Below, one piece after another: positions 1 through 12,393 of a DNA stretch of 48,049 bases. Position numbers and translations under genes: made by a program. The stretch is from Macrostomum lignano. Its lineage: Eukaryota. The stretch lies in the NCBI GenBank assembly GCA_002269645.1, contig NIVC01000256.1:1-48049 (forward strand), given 5' to 3'. The notes under the pieces are model-generated. The model had not been told where the DNA came from, did no database searches, and saw nothing but the letters and a program-made list of their open reading frames with translations. Positions within the stretch are counted from its first letter, which is position 1. The number at the start of each line of letters is the position of its first letter.

Positions 1-801
1 CATGACAAATACTAACAGATAACGGAAGTCAGTTTACATCACAAGAATTTGTCGAATTCACCAAATCGAATAATATCAAGCATATATTCAGTGCAGTTGG
101 ACATCCAAGAACAAATGGACTCAGTGAGCGAATGGTTCAAACGGCAAAGAAAGCAATCAGAGCAGGTATGAAAAGCCATGGAAATCCTATCTTTAGCCTG
201 CAGAACTTCTTATTTCGATATCGAAGCACTCCACACAGCACCACCGGCAAGTCACCAGCTGCTCAAGCCTGACACGTATTGGAATGTCCTGGACTCGCAA
301 AGTGAGCAGATAATGCGCCGGGAACAGATTCCACACAGAGAGTTTCAGGTTGGCGACACTGTGCTTGCTCTTGACTTCAGAAGAGAGAATGAGAACAAAT
401 GGGCGCACGCTAAAGTGATGAAGCAAACTGGACCACTATCCTATCAAGTTGAAGTCAACGGACAGATTTGGAAAAGGCACGTTGATCACCTCTTTAAGTC
501 CGAACTGGAAGTTCCGCCTACACTGGATAGTGGATTCAATGAAAAGCTACAGCCCTCGAATAATGCTAGTACATCGTCTGAGTGCAATGCATGGAAGCCA
601 GCCCAGGAGGAAACTGAGACATCGGGATCCAAGCTGGAAGACTCTACTCAGAGAGCCATAGACAAAGGCAAGGCACAAGACGCAACACCGAACAAACCTA
701 AGAGCGACTCTGAAGGCAACGGCAATCATCAATTGGCTGACAAGCGAATGTTGCGGGATCGATCAAAGCTGAAGAAGCCGGACTTTTTTGTAGCGAAGTG
801 A
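1..801 (+). mobile_element. Ty3/Gypsy LTR retrotransposon, 3' end of pol (integrase core + C-terminal domain), frameshifted
   Basis: Manual translation from the window start gives QILTDNGSQFTSQEF...GHPRTNGLSERMVQTAK...FRYRSTPHSTTGKSP (integrase D..E region), then a stop near 270. The adjacent frame (ORF 178-801) continues with REFQVGDTVL...W...GPLSYQVEVNGQIWKRHVDHL, a typical Gypsy integrase C-terminal segment. Confidence 0.9.
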
Positions 802-857
802 ATTCAGAAACTGATGATATGAACTGAACTGTCATATCAAACAATTATTTTGTTGAC

Positions 858-1047
858 AAAAGGGGGAACGATGCGTATTCTATGTTAATATATATATTCT
901 ATTCTGACATTTTCGCTATTTTGTTTAAGGGCTGGGCCTGTCAAGCTAGATTCTAAAGGGCCACAGCAAAAGAAAAAGGAAATAAAAGGAAAAACCTTGG
1001 CCGCTCAAATACGCGGGATTAAAATCGTCTGTGATAAGCTCATCACA
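858..1047 (+). mobile_element. Polypurine tract plus probable 3' LTR of the Gypsy element
   Basis: AAAAGGGGGAA at 858-868 lies just after the pol stop, followed by a ~175 bp segment with AATAAA that ends CATCACA at 1047. The partner 5' LTR is outside the window, so the boundaries are approximate. Confidence 0.55.
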
Positions 1048-1074
1048 AAAGTTTATACGTCAAAGGACGTAACA

Positions 1075-1398
1075 GAGGCACTCTAGTGACCGGGAGTATT
1101 TGAGCAGGAATGATGCCATTTGCCACTCTAGCGAGGCACTCTAGTGACCAGGAGTATTTGAGCAGGAATGATGTCATTTGCCACTCTAGCGAGGCACTCT
1201 AGTGACCAGGAGTATTTGAGCAGGCTTTATGCCATTTGCCACTCTAGCGAGGCACTCTAGTGACCAGGAGTATTTGAGCAGGAATGATGTCATTTGCCAC
1301 TCTAGCGAGGCACTCTAGTGACCAGGAGTATTTGAGCAGGAATGAAGTCATTTGCCAATCTAGCGAGGCACACTAGTAACCAGGAGTATTTGAGCAGG
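1075..1398. repeat. 58-bp tandem repeat, ~5.5 copies
   Basis: Unit GAGGCACTCTAGTGACCAGGAGTATTTGAGCAGGAATGATGTCATTTGCCACTCTAGC starts at 1075, 1133, 1191, 1249, 1307, with a degenerate copy at 1365. Confidence 0.95.
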
Positions 1399-2214
1399 CA
1401 GTCAAATAGGCCATAGCCAACGGTCGAGCCACTGCTTAGGACTTCAATCGGGAGTCCGCGGGACCAACCAGTGAGGGAGCCTTTTGTGCCTGTGAATAGC
1501 GATGGTACTAAACTACTGAGGGTAATATGGGGGAACATTGTTGTTAAGGAATTCTTATTGAATTTTAATAAGTCGGCGTTTATTGAGAGTCTTGAAAAAG
1601 ATAGCAAGAGAAGATTAACACTGAATTTAGCTCTGGCGCAGCTCAAACAAAACTTAGTTGTACAGGTTTGGATTTGGAGACCATAGACATATAATTAAGA
1701 AGTCTGTTATAGAAAACTCTAGAAGGAAAACTGGGATTCACTTACCGTAAATAGAGGTGGCTATTTAAGATAAACTATTATAACACCTTTAACAATTGTT
1801 TCCTTGCTCGCACCCACAGAGCCTGAATTGAGCAATGAATGAGAAGTCAGGCACCGGTTCGAAGAATTCATTCACAAGTAGAACCCCTGCGATCAAGAAG
1901 CTCATTCGGTTTAGGCGGGGTTTGAGAAACATAACCCAAGGACAAATATCTGTCTGATATGTGCTCTTGTTTGCAGAAAATTACACTGAATTTGGATATG
2001 CACCACAAGAGAAGGCACTGATTTCACCATCTTGTGAACACGGATGGCTAGCTAATGCAGCTGTCTCGATCTGCGACCGAGCTTGCTGAATGTCGCCAGC
2101 AAATCGGCTCTCCTTAAAGATGTTGGCAGCGTCAATATACGTGGATTATTCCTCGGTCAGCAGCTGATTTATCGCTGCATCTTCTGCCGCGTCTCCTGCG
2201 TCATCTGACTGCGG

Positions 2215-2333
2215 TGGAGCACGGCTTGAACCCGCTCAGTGAGCTCTGGTTTGTTTCCCGAAACCGGTAGGCCGTTGTTTCCTCTCAGAGCCGGGCACAG
2301 TTAGCCTACTGTGAACTGGGGGAGATCAGACAT
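2215..2333 (-). pseudogene. Degenerate SAP DNA-binding domain, probably a transposon-gene remnant
   Basis: Minus strand reads MSDLPQFTVG*LCPALRGNNGLPVSGNKPELTERVQAVL, matching the SAP pattern LTVxELKxxLxxxGLxxSGxKxELIxR, with one in-frame stop. Confidence 0.45.
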
Positions 2334-2491
2334 GACGGCAGATGGAGTCGCCGGTTGCGGAAGCAGCATGCAGTTGCGGCACCGGAAGCAGCCGCTAGGA
2401 TGCCTTCCAGCGGCGCCAGAAGCAGCGCTGGAGGCCGGCAGCCTCGCCGCTGGAGTTCCTGCTGGTATTCGACGCGAGCTGTGTCTGACTT

Positions 2492-2679
<188 letters not shown>

Positions 2680-3919
2680 ACTTGCCGGGTCGAATTGCAA
2701 GACATGAATGTTCTCGTCGAGCAAGTGATGTTTGAAGACTCCGACTGTTCAACATTGGATGAGCTGCTTGCTTTGCTGCCAACATCTGACGAAACCATCA
2801 ATGAACTGGAGGTCATTGTTGCTCAACAGTACGATGCAACGAAGATCAAATCTACTGAGAAGCAGGAAATTTTTGCTGTTCGTAAACTAAAGGATTTTTT
2901 GACTGCGTATTCTTTTATTGATAACTGCGACATCGACACTTGTGACGTTGAATACCTGCTACCTATGCCTTTCTTGGCTATAACCTAAAAATTAGGTACC
3001 TGACGCATGAAAAGCGCAAGGTTACGGAGATGGGTAACATGTCGGACGCACTATCAGCCACGCTGTATGGATCCACCAGCAAAACCGATGAACCTGAATA
3101 GAATTCTTTGACCATTGCTAATTCTAGTTCCATGACTGCTACCTTTGCTGACGTTGCCCAAGAGCCGGACCCAAAAGTGGTCGTGCCTGGATCACCAAGC
3201 TCGGACCTGTTTCGTCCAGTCAGTACCTTATAAATCAGGTGATCGACATGGATTCCACCAATATGGAGGGGAACCGTTCAGCGTTTTCGCTTAACTTCAA
3301 TGGAACTTTTGCGAAATGCGTGTTCAATTTTAAGCCCTAGGATGCAACCTGGCATCGTCAATGCTACCCAAACTGAAAAAAACTGCTAAGTTTTACCAAC
3401 ATTTGTTTTAGTAGTATTGCAGTTTTATGTTTTAAAGTCCTGTGGTTTTGACGTTAGATTACTGTATCAAGTTCCAGTTCAACTTAAATAATAAGAAGTA
3501 TTCTAAAAATAGAAGCGTGCAGCAACGGGACGTTACTTCACGCAAATTGGACGTTGCGGCACATTGTCTATGGTAAAGACATTTACTAATGCACTGCCAA
3601 ATCGTTAGTCAATGGGTTACGAGGCGTTTTAGTTATACTCGTAGCATAGACTAAACATCAGTGAATAGTATGCTAGAAAGAAAATCAGTTGCAAAGCAAG
3701 GAGTACTCACGACGCAGAACTTAAACTTCATGGCGATTTTATTTGTGAAGCGATCTATAAATATACACAAGCACTCTCTTACAAGCAATACGACTTCAAG
3801 CGTTGCAATTCACATATAAAATCGCTATCTAGTCCATAATGTTTACTATAAAGAATGCGTTCAAGCGGGCCTGAAAAAAACTCCTACCAAGTTTAATTTC
3901 TGCGTCCTGAGTTTTTGAG

Positions 3920-4762
3920 TAGTCCTTGTTGCAAAGTCCAACAAAGGAAAGAAATACGCTCGTAGTAAAGAGAAGCAGGAAAAAAACGAACATCAAAATG
4001 CTTTCTATCAAATGGTCCGTGCTGGGGTGCAGAGGTATTTGACTCTCGTTCTGAAGCGTCGAACCAATATTATCTCTGGCAACAAGTTTAGCGACGCCAA
4101 TCGAATTCTGCGCGTCAAGGTGCGTCATTTCTTTTGTGAAAGGGTTCTGTGAAGCAGCGCGAGCCAATAAAGGAAGTTTATTGAAAATGCGCGAATACTT
4201 CAACCGTTCCATCGCTGAGAGGTTGCAAGACGAGATACTATTAACGTTGCTGTTCTGGTGAGAGAGGACAGAAGCACCTGTCGAGTCTAAAGCAAGTTGG
4301 CACATGTTAAGACTGTGTCGACGTTGATGGCAATCCAGATCTTGCATTGCCACCACTTACGATAAAAAACAGAGTATTGATCCAACAAAATGCAAGGGAA
4401 ACCAGAGCAAGCAGAGAGCCGGATCTACGGTTGTCAGTGGGAATTGATTCTGAAGTATCAAGTTTGTTGCCGCAGAATTCTCCGTCATTCTTCCCACGTC
4501 CATTAAGCAACAATGAAGGATGGCGTCTTCCTCCCGGCCTGCTACGCAAGTGCGTGGTGTCAATTGGTTGGCTGCTTTCATGAAGCCTATTAGTAGTATG
4601 CGCAGCCTGTCCAAACAGTACACGAATCACTGCGTCCGAGTTACGCGAATCGCAGATCTTTTCGACAAGGGAATGCCTCTAGGTACGCGTAAAATAAGGG
4701 CGGTCAATGGACAGAAATCGGAGTCCATTGTCCAATGTTATCTTGAACGTAAACGATATTGA
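3920..4762 (+). mobile_element. Crypton-type tyrosine-recombinase transposon remnant (DUF3504-like), frameshifted
   Basis: Successive + frames give KSNKGKKY...MVRAGVQRYL...NIISGNKFSDANRIL, then KMREYFNRS..LQDEILLTL, GERGQKHL (catalytic R, ~4257) and YTNHCVRVTRIADLFDKG...NGQKSESIVQCY (HxxR, the H/W position and catalytic Y). This is the motif order of Crypton/DUF3504 tyrosine recombinases. Confidence 0.8.
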
Positions 4763-5076
4763 CGTTGTTTACACAATCGTAAGTCAAACATTTAATGCTT
4801 ACTGGATTACTTAGTGATGATCATATTTATTATTTAGCCAACATTCCAGCAATATTTTTGTGCATTGCAGGTTAAAAAAGAACATACGAGCTTAAAACAG
4901 GAAACTATTTATAACACAGTGAAATTATATTTACCGCAGAATAAAACAAAATTACGTTCTTGAGTTTAGTGGCGGATACCTGAAAAAAGTCATTGGGGGA
5001 ACCAAGCAAATTTTTGCCAAGTACAGAGCTATCCCCTCCGCCCCCCAGGTCTTTTTACCCTCCAGAATCCGCCCCC

Positions 5077-5640
5077 TCAACAAATTTCAGTGAACGCGGC
5101 CTCCATCTTCATGAATACAACAAGCGCCACCGGCGCGGAGCAGGTAACCCGTGATTTGCATGCGATTAGGTCTTGTGCTGGATCCGGATGTGAGCCCCCC
5201 GCAGGTATGGATGCTGTAAGCAAAGAGCTGCACAGCTGACAGTGAAGGACTCGGCTAATTTGCTTTAGCACATACCCGCCAAACGTACTCAGCAGCTTCC
5301 AGCGAGGCATTGCTTGCACCCTGCCAAGAGTCCAGCTTTTCTTGGAGCAGCTGCTGCTGTGGTGCCTGGCATGCAACACTGGCACCGGTGGGGGGCGCAG
5401 GCTGCTATCATGGCAGCCTTGCAGTTGTCGTCTTCGCAGTTGTGGAACGTCGAGTCAGCTGAGCCAGGCCACTTGCAGCCACGGACCGCAGGGCACGGAA
5501 GAAGAGCTGACTGATCTGTCGTTAAAACCGTCGGATGATGCAGAAAATATTTTGAAGAAGAGAATTGTGCGATGCCCTTTGCTTCCGGATGCAAACTCAT
5601 GTACATTGCTGCATGACCAACAGTCAAGTTACGTTTTCGA
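5077..5640 (-). mobile_element. P-element/THAP9-like transposase C-terminal remnant
   Basis: Minus strand has KYFL..RRF..Q..QLFFRALRS (a degraded YLLTRRFNQDxLExFFxxIRS motif), then FGGYVLKQISRVLHCQLCSSLL...DLIACKSR...PVALVVFMKMEAAF, resembling the P/THAP9 C-terminal YxAGYVxxKLxxxxxCxxC...LIxxK..GL..P...E..F motif. Multiple frameshifts. Confidence 0.65.
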
Positions 5641-7289
5641 GACAGTTGCGTACCACGAATTAGGGTGAAACATCTCAGTATTTAATTTGGAAAATATAGT
5701 CTCGCTGTTAATAGATTTTGTGAATTTACCTCAACGAGATCGCCGTGACTCGCGGCTGACGAAGAAGTTTCAGCAGTAGTAGAATGCGACAAAGCCGAAG
5801 CTGCCAATGACAATGGTGGGTGATAATGATGGCAATAAAGATGGCAATGACAGCGTACACCACAGCGATGAGGGAGAAGACAAGCAATCTACAGCGGGAA
5901 GTTCAGCTGCAACGGTGCGAGAGCCGTATGTTAGAACGTATAGAGTTTGGTTTTTTGGAACATTTTTTAAACACGGTCGAGCGTACTGACAGAAATTTTC
6001 GAATATCATGTCATGATTTTGGAAAAATAAATGGAATTAGTTGAATTGCTGTCTGTATACATTGCTTGACAACGAGCAATCCCAAGGGTAAGCAACGTCT
6101 TTTTGATTTCAAATTGGTTTCAACAGCGCCTGAGGTTGTTCTGAGACGAAAGACGGCTTGTATTTCTTCCTTTCATTGTACGCTTACAATTGCACGGGGC
6201 GGTGAGACTTGAGGGGCATTTACAGAGCTGAGACAGTGTAATGCAGGCATTTATATACAAGTATTTAGAAGAAAGTTGTTATGCTAGAAATTTCGATGCA
6301 TACACAGATTTTTATTCCAAAATTTTAGGATGATAAAGTTTTCACTAATTAATTAATACAAGGCTTCATTAAACTAGCTTAAACTAGCTAGCTTCATTAA
6401 ATTGTGAAAACCTGGATTAATTTCTGATTTTAAAAGCACTCAATAGATTTTAGTGGTCAGCGTTTGACTACAAAAAGGAATGATTCAATTTTGCACTACT
6501 GATCATAGTAGCTAACAGTGTTACTTAGATTTTTAAATAATTTTCGACGAGTCTAAAAACTTAAGAAATGTCTTGGACAAACTTGATCTCGGAATTTCAG
6601 CTAAGCCACCTTGTTCTTACGGTAATTTCTAATCCCATTAACAATACTTTGTCTGCAAAAGATCGAATAGCTATGGGGTATTATGGGTCACAAATCATGC
6701 AATTCAATAATTCCTGTAAAAGCTGAGTGCTTACAGGAATCTGATGACAAATGACTTGTTTTATTATCTAAAAAAATCTTTGAAAAATTTAAGAAAAACA
6801 CTCGATGAAAAACTGAGGATTCAAAGCATCGGATCTTGATTTGAGCTGCTTGCACTAACCTAGTTTTCTAATTAAGAGTTCATGTCAACATAGCCTAATT
6901 GGGGCCTCAAAGGAAGTCTTGCTACTAGCTGCTTCCAGGTCAGTGCAGATCACGAATCAGAAGCCAGACGCGAAGCGGAAAACACGGTGAGCCGAAATTG
7001 ACACAGGCGCGGAAAGGTTTGAGCTTCAACAGGCAGTGATGCTTCTAACTAGCACAAATAGATACTTTTGATGAAACCATCTCGTTTGTCACGCTCATCG
7101 TAATGAGCATTGATACTTTTTCAAACCGAAATCAAACCGAAGCACCCGAAGTTAACAGTTCAAAAGCGGACGAACTACCCTGGTAATGTTGAGCAAAAAC
7201 AGGCTTATTCCATATTCTTGCATTATACGCGCTTAGCAAATACTGCTGCGGGCTGTGGGCACCCTGACGTAACAACTTCGGTGACCATC

Positions 7290-7415
7290 GTCCTACAAGC
7301 AGTGCTGACGGCTGACATACAAGCGGCGCCAATACTGTACGCAGGCACGTACTCGCACACACGCTTACCCAGGGTGTACATCGGCCTTGATTTTCTAATC
7401 GCCAGGCATGTGCAC
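7290..7415 (-). mobile_element. Diverged internal fragment of the tRNA-derived SINE family
   Basis: CATACAAGCG..TACGCAGGCAC..CACAC..GGGTGTACATCGGCC..TTTTCTAATCGCCAGGCATGTGCAC aligns to 33605-33695 of the full-length SINE. Confidence 0.6.
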
Positions 7416-7808
7416 TCATGGGGCTGTGCAGCCCTAATTAAATGCGGCGGCGCACCGAATCGAACAAGGAATGAAGTCGCAAGAGTTGGACACTTTTACT
7501 ACTGAGATGCTCTGGCCCTCAGAGGAAACACTGCTGATGACCATGCTGTTGACTATAAAAATAAAGTTACCACTTTTGGTGCATATTTACAGTCAAATTG
7601 TGTAGCTTGCAACTATACTAAGTTATATGAAGCATAGTCAATATAATTAAGGGAGTATGACATCTTTTCACCCAAATCATGAACTATCTGCGTGAGTATT
7701 TCGCAGTTATTTTTTCATGAAGAAATCTAAATAACCAGATTTTCTAAGAAATGCCTGACGTTGAAACTCGCGGCGACAAATTAAACAACTTATTACACGT
7801 TAGGACGC

Positions 7809-7957
7809 GGGGCCGTCGCCTCGTGGTCAAGCGCGGCGCTCTGATTTGCCAGCGGCCCAGACTCGATTCCAAGGAATCTTGACTTGGCTCTGCTCGTGCA
7901 ATTAACGCCCCAGGGGGCCAACCCCCAAGGCACAGTGAAGTGTACTAACGTGACGTC
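7809..7957 (+). mobile_element. 3'-truncated tRNA-derived SINE (5' head)
   Basis: GGGGCCGTCGCCTCGTGGTCAAGCGC...CCCAGACTCGATTCC has Pol III A/B-box-like motifs. The following CTGCTCGTGCAATTAACG..GCCAACCCCCAAGGCACAGTGAAGTGTAC matches the reverse complement of 33690-33856. Confidence 0.75.
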
Positions 7958-8625
7958 TCCGCGCTTCGTTGAAGTGCGAGCAGAAGGTGACGAGGTGTGC
8001 CGCAGTTACCTCCTCTAAAAGCCACAAAAGGGGAAGATAAGGACTTTGTAGTGAAATATGCCTCTGGAAGAAGCCTTAACCAGTAATGACCATGCACATC
8101 TCACTGAGGTCAGTTTACCTAAGAAGATCAGGTGCTCGGTTATGAAAAAACAGAATAAAAGTCTCCAGAGAACCAAAATTCGAATAACCGAAGTCTATGG
8201 GGAGAAATGGGATAAATGGGGATTTCATGTGAACTTAAGGCTCCAGAATGGAGACTGAAGCATCAGGTCCCGATTTCTCTACGCCAATCCCTTCATTTGA
8301 AGCCAAATAGCTCGCATTATGTCGAAAACTCGACCACTTCAGCATTTGGGGATCTCTATGGGGAGAAATATGAGAAATGGGAACTTAATGTGAACTTAAG
8401 GCTCCCATTTTGACTCTTAATTTCACGTCCCCTTTAATCACATTTCATTTTGACACTGAAAACATCGGCTCCATTCGCTCAGGGCGAATCGACTGGCACT
8501 GAGTCTGGGAGCCAGTAAGAATCACGAAAATACTCCCCAGCAGAATATTTTAGCCGGAAAGAACACAAACCGTTAGAGTTGCTGATCTTCATTTACTGGA
8601 TTAGAATATTCGGTCAAAAAGTAAA

Positions 8626-9973
8626 ATGGATATTGCAGGACTTGCGCCAGCGTTCAATTACACAATGCAGAGTTTACTGCACATTTTACCGGGTAAGTTG
8701 AGGTTAAGAACAGAAAACCAGGAAAAATTATCTTGAAAACTATTCAATCAAAGCGAAACGTCAACTCCAGAGGTGACCTATCCCGGCTTGTTTCTTCTGT
8801 CGTTTGGCTCCGTGGTTGGAACACTGGGGAACGTCATGGTTATTGGCGCTGTCTTTCTGCAAAGGGTTGGAAAATGTCCAGTATTTTTTGCATTTTTGTT
8901 ATAAAAAATTGCTGACACAGACAGTTGCACATCGAAACCGTCACAATGTTGCAGACCCTGCGCCATGCAGGCAACTTGTTCGTCGTGAATTTGGCCCTCG
9001 CCGATCTGTGCGTCACGACAATCGTGGACCCGCTTGGAATCACTGGTAAGTCACTGCGCTGCCTGCCTTCAGAAGCCTCGAGGCGAATCATATATAATAT
9101 TCAAAAAACGGAATTCCAGGTGTAATGCATGGCGAGATCTACTTCGAGCAGCGACCCGCCCTGTGCGAGTTCGTGGCGTCGACCTGCCTCACCGCCTGCT
9201 ACTGCTCGCTGCTCAGCATCGCCGCTGTGGCCGTCAACCGCTGCATCTTCATCTGCAACAACGCCAGCTACAACAGATTCTTCAACCGGCGCAGCTGCGT
9301 AGCGCTCTGCGTCGGCCTGTGGATTGTGAGCTGGCTGCTGCAGTTTCCCAACTTTGTGGGCTGGGGCGACTTCGCCTACGACAGGAAGAACTTTGCCTGC
9401 GTGTGGAACCGCATGGCTGACAGGTCCTACACGATCTTCTTCTCCTGCTGCGCTGTAGTTGCGCCCAGCATTGTGATCCTCATCTGCTACTTTCGCATCT
9501 TCGTGCACGTCAGACAGGCGATGGCTCGGGTGCGCCATCTGCAGATGGGAAATGCCAGAGATGCGCAGGGCGGAGCTCCGAACAGCGTCCGACCCGGCGG
9601 CAGCGCGGCCTCGATCCGCCTGGCCCGCACTCTGTTCATTGTGTTCGCCGTGTTCGCCTTCTGCTGGGCTCCGTACGCGACTTTTGTCTGCCTCGACTGG
9701 GACGACAGCTTTCCGATCCACATGCACGCTTATGCGATCTTATTTGCCCACACAAACTCAAGCGTCAACTTCATCGTCTACGGACTCAGCAACAAGGAAT
9801 TCCGCGTCGGCTATCGCGCAGTCTGCATGCGGCTGCTGCGCCTGATCTTCGGCAGCCGGTGCAGCCCGGAGGCCAGCGTTGGGACCACCAATCTGAGTAG
9901 CAGGATGGAGGTGGAAGCCACCTCGGCTCGCATGAATGCGACGAAACCGGTGGTCGGAACGGGGCAGGTGTGA
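8626..9973 (+). CDS. Class A GPCR, melatonin-receptor-like; 4 exons (8626-8692, 8771-8865, 8955-9045, 9120-9973), 368 aa
   Basis: All introns are GT-AG with compatible phases, and the spliced CDS is 1107 nt and open. It has N-terminal NYT sequon, TM1 GTLGNVMVI, LRHAGNLFVVNLALADL (TM2), AVNRCIFIC (NRY-type TM3 motif), ECL2 YDRKNFACVW..SYTI, TM6 CWAPY and TM7 NSSVNFIVYGLSNKEFR. Confidence 0.92.
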
Positions 9974-12393
9974 AAACAACGGCGACTGAGCGGTGAGCAA
10001 GAATCAAGAAGTCGCTGAAGATGCAATATGGAGCAAAGCAAAGCAGTGGGAGAAGTTTTATTTATGAGAATAGGTAAAAAAGTGAGCGAAAATGATTGGA
10101 AACTTGATATGTGAAATGTTTTTGTTGGGTTGGGTCACGTAAAAGACAGTTTTATTATTGATCTTGTTATTTCCGAAGTTTCATGGTTTAAGTTTTATTG
10201 ATTATTTAGTCATCTGCGGTCGGTGCTTTTAGTTTTCATCCTTGGAAAGTTTTTACTTCAATGCAGTCCATGATTTGTCGCTAAATTTATATAGGATTCG
10301 ACACTCGATTAGAGATTGCAATTTTGCCGACCTATTTTGCAATGCTGACTTTGCATTGTTTTACTGTACCGATCGATCGATAAGTAACTGCACTTTAGCA
10401 AATGCACACGCACACGTATTTACCATATGTTGAATATATCTCAGTTGCTCAAGTCTAGTCATCGAACAAGTTATTCACTAAATCTCCTCTATAAAGCTTT
10501 GATATTGGGATGCTTTCAAAGTCATGATTAAATTTTACGTTATAAAAGAACACAATTATCACAAAAGTATGCATTCTCGTATATATGGTTATTTGCTTGT
10601 ATGTTGTTAAACTTTTAATGTTACATAGAGACTAGAGACAGAAGCTAGCTTAATTTTTGAAAAATTTAGATGCATTCGCGATATTAGCTACTAGCAGCCC
10701 TTTCAAGCCCTACGGTAATTTAATTTCATATATATTGTAAATCAAGCGTATGAATGTTATTTTACTGATCATATTAATTTTATAACAAAGCTATACATTA
10801 AAAATTTAATATTTTACCAGATAGCTAGTGTTGTTTAGCTATAATATTATTCTCATATTTTATTATTTATTGCAATTCAATTTTTTTCGGTTTCACTAAG
10901 TTTCATGAAAAATAATTCAGCTATTTTATCTGGCAACTCTCGATAACACTACTAAGTAAGTATATTTAGTGTTGTGCACCCGGTTTTTGTTGACATAACG
11001 ATCAAACACATTTTTAACGTTAGATATAAAAAGTTTTATTGGATAGCGTGTTGTTTAACACTTAGAATTCAAAAATACCATTCAGTACTTTTTCGTTCGT
11101 CTTTTTTAATTAACTAATTTAGAATAGTGCACACTTGTTGGAAAAAACGTATGGGTTAAAATTCAATGATCCAGTTTTAATCTGAACCAAAACTCGATCT
11201 TATCCGTGAGGATTTTTATATATTTCGCCAAAAAGACTTAATTACAAGTGCAAAAGCATTCCAATTAGTAAGTTGAGAATCTCTCTGCCATTTGTTGTGT
11301 GGTTGGTTGAAACGCGCGATCTTGAAAAGCAAAATCAAAGCTAATAATTGGATTTTCATTAACACCTGTTCCCGGGTAGATAAAATCATTTAGAAGTTGC
11401 AGAGCTGCCGAAGGAAGAAAAATGAAGAATACAGAATACAGAAAGTGCAGTCAGCACGAAAAGCACCCTCTGGTCTAGATTGCCAAAACGTAAAATCTAA
11501 CCTTATGCGTAATGTAACCACGTGGGAATCGTATAATCTTGTGTATTAATGTAACGTGCTATATACATGTAGTGTCTCCCTGGTCAGTCCAGCTGATATA
11601 ACCCTTCTTTTTGAAGGATAAAAGTGATAAAAGCAGAGTAAATTTATTTTGAGATTTGTATACCATAGAGTATTCGCGAGGTTCAGGTCACGCGTCCCAA
11701 TTCTTTAGGCTTGGCGGCTCGCAACGGCAAAGGCAATCGCAACGGACCAAGACCGGAGCTAGTTGCTCACGGCACATAATATCTAACACAACAATAAGAA
11801 CATTGTGTTCGTTCATTCGTTCGTTCGTTCCAGCAAGTAACACAACAAAGCGCTTAGTGGTTTTCATTCTTCTACTGTTGTTAAGCGAACTACTCTCCGT
11901 CTTAGTCGTTGCGAGCTGCCTTTGCAGGGAACTGGTAATACCTCGTACCACCTAGAAGGCATGAGTCCAAGAATTTGGTGTCTACATGCAGGCCTAAGAG
12001 CGTATTTAAACTCAGGAGTGAGACCAGTTTGTGTTCGCATCTCCTCGAAGCTAATCGGCTTTTATCGGAAAGGCCACTTTATGGTTTTTGTTTCGCTGCT
12101 CATTGAGGCCGCAGGTTCGCTGTTAGTTCGGCAGTGTCAAAGCATAGACAGCAGGCGCTGCACGTTTTCTAAGCTAGCTATAGTTTCTCAGCTATACAAT
12201 CGAATCATTTTCGGAATTAAGACCGCCCGAATCGAGTTTTTCAAAGATAGATATGGCAGGTCATTCGAGATGTACAAGGCTCAGTAGCATAGGTCAGAAA
12301 AATGTCCTTTAGGGGCTGGAAAAGGAAAATCTGAAGGTCGGTTTTCAGAAGTACCAGCGGAACAACAAAACGGGAGTAAACTTCCTATGGTTC

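Noticed and set aside
7809-7880. tRNA genes at 7809 and 33790-33856
   Set aside because: A/B boxes are present, but I could not fold a cloverleaf with an acceptor stem, and both continue into a shared non-tRNA body. They are SINE heads.
9101-9727. Long antisense or alternate-frame ORFs over the GPCR, LINE, methyltransferase and GH31 exons (e.g. 9101-9727, 15404-16006, 35093-35641, 31662-32390)
   Set aside because: Shadow ORFs expected from GC-rich coding sequence or minisatellites; no motifs.
11510-11900. Possible 5' LTR and primer-binding site (TGTAAC..., TGGCGGCTCG) for the Gypsy pol remnant
   Set aside because: No second LTR and no clean CA/PBS junction could be established.
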